From: Candidatus Auribacterota bacterium | GTDB taxonomy: Bacteria; Auribacterota; UBA6266 | Length of the DNA: 22,545 nt | Assembly: GCA_023136205.1 (NCBI GenBank) | Contig: JAGLRQ010000065.1 | Span: 1-22,545, forward strand | Direction: 5' to 3' | Shown here: one piece after another, positions 16,881-22,545 of the stretch | Position numbering within the stretch: position 1 is the first letter of the stretch | Layout of the letters: the number at the start of each line of letters is the position of its first letter | Made by a program: the position numbers and the translations under genes | The notes under the pieces: generated by a model | Database searches by the model: none | What the model was told of the DNA's origin: nothing | The model's input: only the letters and a program-made list of their open reading frames with translations

Positions 16881-17532
16881 TTTTTGCCCCCTTACTTTTT
16901 ACAGGTAAGCTGTTTTCTCCCTTACAAATCCATACCTTTATTCCAATAGCCCCATACGTAGTCCTTGCTTCAGTAAATCCGTAATCAATATTCGCCCTGA
17001 GAGTATGCAGTGGTATTTTCCCTTCCTTATACCCTTCCGACCTGGCTATCTCAGAACCACCAAGCCTTCCCGCGCATAATATTTTTATCCCATCGGCAAC
17101 GCTATCCATAGCAAGCCTCACAGCCTTTTTCATAGCTCTTTTATGAGAAATCCTTTTTACAATCTGCGCCGCAATCCCTTCAGCAACAAGCTGCGCATCT
17201 GCCTCAGGATTTTTAATTTCCTGAATTTCAATCTTTATTTCTTTTTTCGTTTTGTTCATAAGTTCTTCTTTAAGCTTGTCTATTTCGGTACCCTTTCTCC
17301 CTATAACCAAACCCGGGCGGGCTGAAAACAAAGTAACCGCTATAACATTACCGTTTCTTTCAATATTTATTCGCGAAATCCCCGCGAATAAAAGTCTTTT
17401 TTTAACATAATCCCGGATTCCCAAATCTTCACTTAAGCACGCGCCAAATCTTTTTTTGTCGGCATACCATTTGGACCGCCAATCTTTTGTAACCATTACC
17501 CTAAACCCTATCGGGTTTACTTTCTGTCCCAC
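16864..17532 (-). CDS. rpsC: 30S ribosomal protein S3 (uS3)
   Basis: The family N-terminus (M)[10 protein letters not shown] begins at GTG 17532, with AGGAGG 5 nt upstream. The ORF-track start at 17553 is over-extended. Confidence 0.95.
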   Translation of the reverse strand: MGQKVNPIGFRVMVTKDWRSKWYADKKRFGACLSEDLGIRDYVKKRLLFAGISRINIERNGNVIAVTLFSARPGLVIGRKGTEIDKLKEELMNKTKKEIKIEIQEIKNPEADAQLVAEGIAAQIVKRISHKRAMKKAVRLAMDSVADGIKILCAGRLGGSEIARSEGYKEGKIPLHTLRANIDYGFTEARTTYGAIGIKVWICKGENSLPVKSKGAKNAFNA

Positions 17533-17575
17533 ATTTACCTCCTGATATATCAAATTTTATCTATACGATCTACAA

Positions 17576-18019
17576 TTAACCCTTTTTTCTTTTTATCTTT
17601 CTATCCTGTGTTTTTAATTTTCTACTTTTGGGTTTTTGTTTTTCACCGGAGATCTCTTTTAAAGGCGCTTTCTTTGAAACTGCTTTATCTTTTCCCGCGA
17701 TTACTACTGTTATATGACTTGTCCTTTTCCTAATCCGCGTAGCCTTGCCATGAGCCCTTGTAATAAATCTTCTTAAAGTAGATCCTTCTGTAGCATACGC
17801 CTCTTTTACATAAAGTTCGCCAGAGGGTTTCTCCTCTTTTGCCTTTGTATTAGCAATAGCCGATTTCATAGTTTTTTCTACTAACTTAGCCGCCTTTTTT
17901 GCGGAAAAAGAAAGTATCTTAAGAGCTTTTTCTGCTTCCTGTCCGCGAATAGAGTCCATTAAAGGTTTTGCCTTTCTCACAGAAACTCTCACATATTTCG
18001 TTATAGCTTTTGCTTCCAT
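17576..18019 (-). CDS. rplV: 50S ribosomal protein L22 (uL22) with Lys-rich C-terminal tail
   Basis: 147 aa. The core ends ...RIRKRTSHITVVI and is followed by a basic tail of about 38 aa. Confidence 0.95.
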   Translation of the reverse strand: MEAKAITKYVRVSVRKAKPLMDSIRGQEAEKALKILSFSAKKAAKLVEKTMKSAIANTKAKEEKPSGELYVKEAYATEGSTLRRFITRAHGKATRIRKRTSHITVVIAGKDKAVSKKAPLKEISGEKQKPKSRKLKTQDRKIKRKKG

Positions 18020-18039
18020 CTATACAAACTCCCATTACC

Positions 18040-18429
18040 TTAAGATTTTTTGTCTTGTTTAACAGCGGCTTTTCCCGGAGGTTCTTTCGCTTCAGGAGTA
18101 GATGTTGCAGCTGCTGCCGGTGCACCACCGGGCATACCGGCGCCTTTTTTCACAGCCGAAGCAGCGCCTTTTTCTCCCCCATGCCTTCTAAAAATCCTTG
18201 TAGGCGCGAATTCCCCCAGCTTATGCCCCACCATATTCTCTGTGCAGAAAACCGGAATAAATTTATTGCCATTATGAACCGAAAAAGTTACACCAACAAA
18301 CTCCGGCGTTATAACTGACCTTCTTGACCAGGTTTTAGTTGGCTTTCTGTCTCCAACTTTTCGAGCCTTATCAACTTTCGCCGCCAGCTTCTCATCCACA
18401 AAAGGACCTTTTTTAAGTGATCTAGCCAT
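18040..18429 (-). CDS. rpsS: 30S ribosomal protein S19 (uS19) with Ala/Pro/Gly/Lys-rich C-terminal extension
   Basis: 129 aa. [12 protein letters not shown]...VHNG..F.PV....[13 protein letters not shown] is present. About 37 residues extend beyond the usual C-terminus. Confidence 0.95.
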   Translation of the reverse strand: MARSLKKGPFVDEKLAAKVDKARKVGDRKPTKTWSRRSVITPEFVGVTFSVHNGNKFIPVFCTENMVGHKLGEFAPTRIFRRHGGEKGAASAVKKGAGMPGGAPAAAATSTPEAKEPPGKAAVKQDKKS

Positions 18430-18453
18430 TTATTATCTCCATCTCCTGTATTT

Positions 18454-19284
18454 TTACTTCTTTTTTCTGGATTTAATTATATACCAGGAATCTTTTCTTT
18501 TCGAACGAGTCTTATACCCCTTCGTCGGTTTTCCCCAAGGGGTTACCGGGTGTGGAGAACCCTGGGGGGCCTTACCTTCTCCGCCGCCATGAGGATGGTC
18601 AACAGGATTCATGGCAACACCTCTCACAGTAGGCCTTATCCCAAGCCACCTGGAACGTCCGGCTTTACCAATTGTAATATTCGAATGTTCTACATTGCCA
18701 AGCTGGCCAATAGTAGCCCTGCACTCAACAGGTATAAGCCTTACTTCGCCCGAAGGCAGTTTCACATGCGCGAATTCACCTTCCTTTGCCATGAGCTGCG
18801 CGCTCCCTCCCGCGCTTCTTACGAGCTTGCCTCCGCATGATTTCCTGAGTTCAATATTGTGAACCATCATTCCAAGCGGAATATTAACAAGAGGCAAACA
18901 GTTGCCAACCTGAATTTCTGCTTTCGGACCGGACATTACCTCATCATTTACTTTCAACCCGGTGGGAGCAACAATATACCTTTTCTCACCATCCTTGTAA
19001 ACAACAAGGGCAATTCTTGTGGATCTGTTCGGATCATACTCAATAGCAGACACCCTTGCAAGAATTCCATCCTTATCCCTCTTGAAATCAATTAGGCGAA
19101 ACATACGTTTACATCCGCCGCCATGATGACGAACTGTAATTCTTCCGGTATTGTTTCTGCCGCCTGTTTTTTTAATCCCGGTGAGAAGGCCTCTCTCAGG
19201 TTTCTTCTTCGACAAACCTTCGTTCGAAGAAACTGTCATAAACCTTCTTCCCGGAGTAGTAGGTCTAAATTTCTTAACAGCCAT
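18454..19284 (-). CDS. rplB: 50S ribosomal protein L2 (uL2)
   Basis: 276 aa starting [14 protein letters not shown], with ...[17 protein letters not shown] near the C-terminus. Confidence 0.97.
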   Translation of the reverse strand: MAVKKFRPTTPGRRFMTVSSNEGLSKKKPERGLLTGIKKTGGRNNTGRITVRHHGGGCKRMFRLIDFKRDKDGILARVSAIEYDPNRSTRIALVVYKDGEKRYIVAPTGLKVNDEVMSGPKAEIQVGNCLPLVNIPLGMMVHNIELRKSCGGKLVRSAGGSAQLMAKEGEFAHVKLPSGEVRLIPVECRATIGQLGNVEHSNITIGKAGRSRWLGIRPTVRGVAMNPVDHPHGGGEGKAPQGSPHPVTPWGKPTKGYKTRSKRKDSWYIIKSRKKK

Positions 19285-19312
19285 TTGCTATTCACTCCAT
19301 TCGCTTATTAAT

Positions 19313-19594
19313 CTAAACAAATTCAATTTTGTCCCCCTCTTTAAGCGTGACTACAGCTTTAATCCATTCCGATGTCATCCCCTGTTTTTGCCGCACTCTC
19401 TTCTTTTTTCCGGGAACCCTCATTTTGTTAACTTTAATAACCTTTACTTTAAACAGCGTTTCAACAGCATTTTTTATGTCAAACTTATTCGCATTTTCAT
19501 CAACATTGAAAAAATATTTACTCAATCCCTCGCTCTGAGCTGTACCTTTCTCGGTAATTACAGGGTTTTTTATAACTTTATACGGGTCTTTCAT
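19313..19594 (-). CDS. rplW: 50S ribosomal protein L23 (uL23)
   Basis: 93 aa. VIKNPVITEKG.......KY.F.V...ANK..IK.AVE.LF.VKV..VN is present. SD AGAGGA precedes the start. Confidence 0.95.
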   Translation of the reverse strand: MKDPYKVIKNPVITEKGTAQSEGLSKYFFNVDENANKFDIKNAVETLFKVKVIKVNKMRVPGKKKRVRQKQGMTSEWIKAVVTLKEGDKIEFV

Positions 19595-19607
19595 TTCTAT
19601 CCTCTTA

Positions 19608-20228
19608 TTAAAACATTGCTATTATCTCTTTGAGAGCATCTTCTCCAACCACAAGTTTTTTGTAATACAAAACGTCATACGTATTTAAACCTGCCGGCAC
19701 AGAAACATTAACCCTGGAAAGATTGCGCACCGCAAGTTTAACCTCGTCTCCAATTTTTGTCAAAACTATAAGAGAACTATTGCCGGCCTTTATGCGTTGA
19801 AGGAACTTAATTACTTCACTGGTTTTGTGCCCCGGAATCTTAAGTTCATCTACAATAACAACATCATCGCTTTTAAACTTCTGTACAATCGCGGATTTTA
19901 ACGCGCAACATTTTGCCTTCTTCGATATTTTCATAGAGTATTTTCTCGGTTTTGGGCCAAACGCGACACCGCCGCCCACTCTTATTGGAGAACCGGCGGT
20001 TCCTGCCCTTGCTCTCCCGGTCCCCTTTTGACGATACATTTTCTGATGTGATTTATTTACTTCCGAACGCGTTTTGGTGCTTGCTGTACCACTTCTGCGT
20101 ACGGCAAGCCGCGCCACAACCGCATCATGAATTGCCTGCTCATTCGGTTCAAGTTCAAGTATCTTTTCCGGAACCTCATAATCTCCAACTTTTTTTCCAG
20201 AAATATTAAGCATCTTTACTTTAGCCAT
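19608..20228 (-). CDS. rplD: 50S ribosomal protein L4 (uL4)
   Basis: MAKVKMLNISGKKVGDYEV... begins at ATG 20228, with GAAGGA 7 nt upstream. The ORF-track start at 20258 is a TTG extension. The KGTGRAR.G motif is present. Confidence 0.94.
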   Translation of the reverse strand: MAKVKMLNISGKKVGDYEVPEKILELEPNEQAIHDAVVARLAVRRSGTASTKTRSEVNKSHQKMYRQKGTGRARAGTAGSPIRVGGGVAFGPKPRKYSMKISKKAKCCALKSAIVQKFKSDDVVIVDELKIPGHKTSEVIKFLQRIKAGNSSLIVLTKIGDEVKLAVRNLSRVNVSVPAGLNTYDVLYYKKLVVGEDALKEIIAMF

Positions 20229-20282
20229 TGATAAATCCTTCTCGTTTTTCTCCAGCAAGTTTTATAGACTTTTTCTGAGTCT

Positions 20283-20939
20283 TTACTTTTTCTTTGTTTT
20301 CTTCGTTTTTACAGATGTTTTTATCTGTAAAAATCCTGTTTTCCAGCCGGGGACTGCCCCTTTAACAAGAATAATGTTCTTTTCGGGCCTTACATCCACT
20401 ATTTCAAGGTTCATAACAGTAACTCTTGTATTTCCCATTTGCCCAGCCATCTTACGCCCTTTGTAAACCCTTGAAGGAGTTGCACAGGCTCCTGAGGCAC
20501 CCAACCCTCTCTTGCTTTCATGTGTACCATGAGAGGCCTTATGCCCGTGAAATCCGTGCCTTTTCATAACACCGGCAAACCCGCGTCCTATGGAAATTCC
20601 CGTCACATCTACCCTGTCCCCCTTTTTGAATATGTCAGCTTTTATTTCTTGCCCAGCCTGGTAATTTTTTTCTTCCCCCGGGACAAGCCTTGTCTCAGCA
20701 AGTATTGCTTTAGGGGAAACACCAGCTTTCTTAAAATGGCCCCTTAAAGGTTTCGTCACTCTTCTCTCTTTAACATCGCCGAAACCAAGCTGCACAGCAG
20801 AATAGCTATTTTTCTCCGGTGTTTTAACCTGGACTACCATACATGGCCCAACTTCTAATACGGTTACCGGTAAAACATTTCCCTTTTCGGAAAATATTTG
20901 TGTCATACCTATTTTTCTTCCAAACAATGACATCCTCAT
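20283..20939 (-). CDS. rplC: 50S ribosomal protein L3 (uL3)
   Basis: ...LFGRKIGMTQIF is the family N-terminus. I prefer ATG 20939 because GGAG lies about 8 nt upstream. ATG 20933 is an alternative, and the ORF-track start at 20960 is a TTG. Confidence 0.94.
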   Translation of the reverse strand: MRMSLFGRKIGMTQIFSEKGNVLPVTVLEVGPCMVVQVKTPEKNSYSAVQLGFGDVKERRVTKPLRGHFKKAGVSPKAILAETRLVPGEEKNYQAGQEIKADIFKKGDRVDVTGISIGRGFAGVMKRHGFHGHKASHGTHESKRGLGASGACATPSRVYKGRKMAGQMGNTRVTVMNLEIVDVRPEKNIILVKGAVPGWKTGFLQIKTSVKTKKTKKK

Positions 20940-20995
20940 TGCAAATTCTCCAATATTCAAACTTCTTTAATATACAACCCGTAATCCGCAGTTTG

Positions 20996-21304
20996 TTAAC
21001 CCTTGATATTTATATCCACGCCGGCCGGCAGAATAAGCTTTTTAAGCTCATCAACCGTTTTGGCAGTGGGATTAACAATATCGAGAAGCCTTTTATGGGT
21101 CCTTGTTTCAAACTGTTCACGGGACTTTTTGTCCACATGCGGAGATCGAAGCACTGTATATTTCTCCACATGTGTCGGTAATGGAATAGGCCCCAATACG
21201 GATGCACCTGTTCTCCTGGCCACTTCCACTATTTCCCGCGCAGACTGGTCAAGAACCCTGTGGTCATAAGCCTTTAATTTTATTCTTATTCTCTGCCCTT
21301 GCAC
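20996..21304 (-). CDS. rpsJ: 30S ribosomal protein S10 (uS10)
   Basis: 102 aa. [18 protein letters not shown]...GPIPLPT......[23 protein letters not shown] is present. The GTG start lies 14 nt after the tuf stop, with GGGAG upstream. Confidence 0.96.
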   Translation of the reverse strand: MQGQRIRIKLKAYDHRVLDQSAREIVEVARRTGASVLGPIPLPTHVEKYTVLRSPHVDKKSREQFETRTHKRLLDIVNPTAKTVDELKKLILPAGVDINIKG

Positions 21305-21318
21305 GTCTTTTGTCTCCC

Positions 21319-22542
21319 TTATTCAATAATCTCGGTTACTCTACCGGCGCCAACAGTTCTTCCGCCTTCCCTTATCGCAAATCTGAGTGTCTTTTCCATT
21401 GCTATCGGATTTATCAATTCTATCTCCATCTGAACATTGTCACCGGGCATGCACATCTCAGCCTTGCTCCCATCTTTACCCGTAAGCTCTTTAGCAATAC
21501 CGGTCACATCTGTCGTCCTAAAGTAAAACTGCGGCCGGTAACCCGCAAAAAACGGCGTATGCCGCCCGCCTTCATCTTTAGTCAGCACATATACTTCAGC
21601 TTTGAACTTTGTGTGAGGCGTTATCGAACCCGGCTTGGCCAAAACCTGTCCTCTTTCAAGGCTCTCCTTATCCACTCCCCTCAAAAGCAGTCCAACATTA
21701 TCTCCCGCCTGGCCCTGGTCAAGAAGCTTCCTGAACATCTCCACTCCGGTTACCGTAGTCTTACTCGTAGGTTTTATACCCACTATCTCTACTTCATCGC
21801 CTACCTTTACTATCCCTCTATCTATCCTGCCGGTACCTACTGTCCCGCGGCCGGTAATAGAAAACACATCTTCTATCGGCATCAGAAAAGGCTTGTCTAT
21901 CTCTCTCTCAGGTTCAGGTATAGACTCATCAAGAGCCTTAACCAGATCAAGAATCGGTTTCGCGTCTTCCCCGTCAGCGTTCGCCGCTGCTATCGCCTTC
22001 GTCGAACTTCCCCTTATAACAGGAATATCATCTCCAGGATAATCATATTTGCTTAAAAGCTCTCTCACCTCAAGTTCTACAAGATCAAGCAATTCAGCGT
22101 CATCTACAAGATCGCATTTATTCATAAACACTACTATATAAGGTACTCCTACCTGGCGCGCAAGTAATATGTGTTCCCTTGTCTGAGGCATCGGTCCGTC
22201 AACCGCGCTAACCACCAGTATCGCACCATCCATCTGGGCCGCCCCGGTTATCATATTTTTCACATAGTCAGCGTGACCCGGACAATCAACATGGGCATAA
22301 TGCCTCTTAGCGGAAGAGTATTCTACATGTGATGTCGCTATCGTCAGGATCTTCGTAGCATCACGCCGGCCCTGGCTTTCTGAGGCCTTTGCTATCTCAT
22401 CATATGGTACATAGCGGCTCAACCCTTTATGTTCCAGTACCTTTGTTAACGCTGCCGTTAACGTCGTCTTCCCATGATCTACATGACCTATCGTACCAAC
22501 GTTAATATGCGGCTTCGTCCTCTCAAATTTCTCCTTAGCCAT
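21319..22542 (-). CDS. tuf: translation elongation factor Tu, complete, with atypical switch I loop
   Basis: 407 aa. G1 GHVDHGKT, G3 DCPGH and G4 NKCD are present, and domains II/III are highly canonical ([56 protein letters not shown]). The ATG at 22542 is 3 nt from the window edge, so the promoter and upstream genes are not visible. Confidence 0.95.
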   Translation of the reverse strand: MAKEKFERTKPHINVGTIGHVDHGKTTLTAALTKVLEHKGLSRYVPYDEIAKASESQGRRDATKILTIATSHVEYSSAKRHYAHVDCPGHADYVKNMITGAAQMDGAILVVSAVDGPMPQTREHILLARQVGVPYIVVFMNKCDLVDDAELLDLVELEVRELLSKYDYPGDDIPVIRGSSTKAIAAANADGEDAKPILDLVKALDESIPEPEREIDKPFLMPIEDVFSITGRGTVGTGRIDRGIVKVGDEVEIVGIKPTSKTTVTGVEMFRKLLDQGQAGDNVGLLLRGVDKESLERGQVLAKPGSITPHTKFKAEVYVLTKDEGGRHTPFFAGYRPQFYFRTTDVTGIAKELTGKDGSKAEMCMPGDNVQMEIELINPIAMEKTLRFAIREGGRTVGAGRVTEIIE

Positions 22543-22545
22543 AAT

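Noticed and set aside
21202-22056. 284-aa plus-strand ORF antisense to rpsJ and tuf
   Set aside because: It lies entirely opposite two of the most conserved genes in biology. Its translation is low-complexity and rich in R/L/S/Y/F, with no motif. Long stop-free antisense frames are an expected by-product of strongly codon-biased genes. It also crosses the tuf-rpsJ junction with no start-site signals.
22318-22404. Possibility that the odd EF-Tu switch I is a pair of compensating frameshifts (sequencing error)
   Set aside because: I translated the two alternative frames across the segment. Both hit stop codons (TGA, TAG) and neither yields APEE..RGITI. The segment is also 15 nt longer than canonical. 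A point or consensus error cannot be excluded without reads, so the observation stays as a finding with that caveat.
1-22545. Scan for CRISPR arrays, tRNA/rRNA genes, IS elements or inverted terminal repeats, integrases, toxin-antitoxin pairs, defence genes, and stop-codon reassignment
   Set aside because: None was seen. The intergenic regions are 160 bp or shorter and contain no tRNA-like GTTCGAATC-type T-arm or repeat-spacer structure. No transposase or integrase-like ORF is present. All three stop codons terminate well-supported genes (TGA ends secY), consistent with the standard bacterial code.

Overview
Nearly all of this window is minus-strand, co-directional housekeeping DNA from an AT-rich bacterium. 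I cannot assign a lineage from the sequence alone. Coordinates 22542 down to 5602 hold a complete, canonically ordered tuf / S10 / spc / alpha ribosomal-protein supercluster: tuf, rpsJ, rplC, rplD, rplW, rplB, rpsS, rplV, rpsC, rplP, rpmC, rpsQ, rplN, rplX, rplE, rpsN(Z-type), rpsH, rplF, rplR, rpsE, rplO, secY, adk, map, infA, rpmJ, rpsM, rpsK, rpsD, rpoA, rplQ. rpmJ is too short for the supplied ORF track and was found by hand. rpmD (L30) is absent. Several ORF-track N-termini are over-extended; I re-set those starts using Shine-Dalgarno spacing and family N-termini, and several turn out to be GTG starts. A rho-independent terminator follows rplQ. Downstream lie six co-directional accessory genes: an orphan 171-aa ORF, a stand-alone cNMP-binding-domain protein, a HIT hydrolase, a membrane-anchored double-module M16 peptidase, a DUF1844 protein and a zinc-ribbon hypothetical. 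I see no rRNA or tRNA genes, CRISPR arrays, transposases, integrases, defence genes or recoding. I do not find a convincing new multi-gene system here. The points most worth a second look are: (1) an EF-Tu whose near-invariant switch I / effector loop (APEE..RGITI) is replaced by a longer divergent sequence while the rest of the protein is canonical; (2) lineage-specific low-complexity C-terminal tails on S19, L22 and L17; (3) short tandem direct repeats and an SD-sequestering hairpin in the accessory-gene intergenic regions; (4) an orphan ORF with no SD and a promoter-like element abutting its ATG; (5) the uncharacterised zinc-ribbon + DUF1844 pair behind the M16 peptidase. All functional readings of items 3 to 5 are inference.
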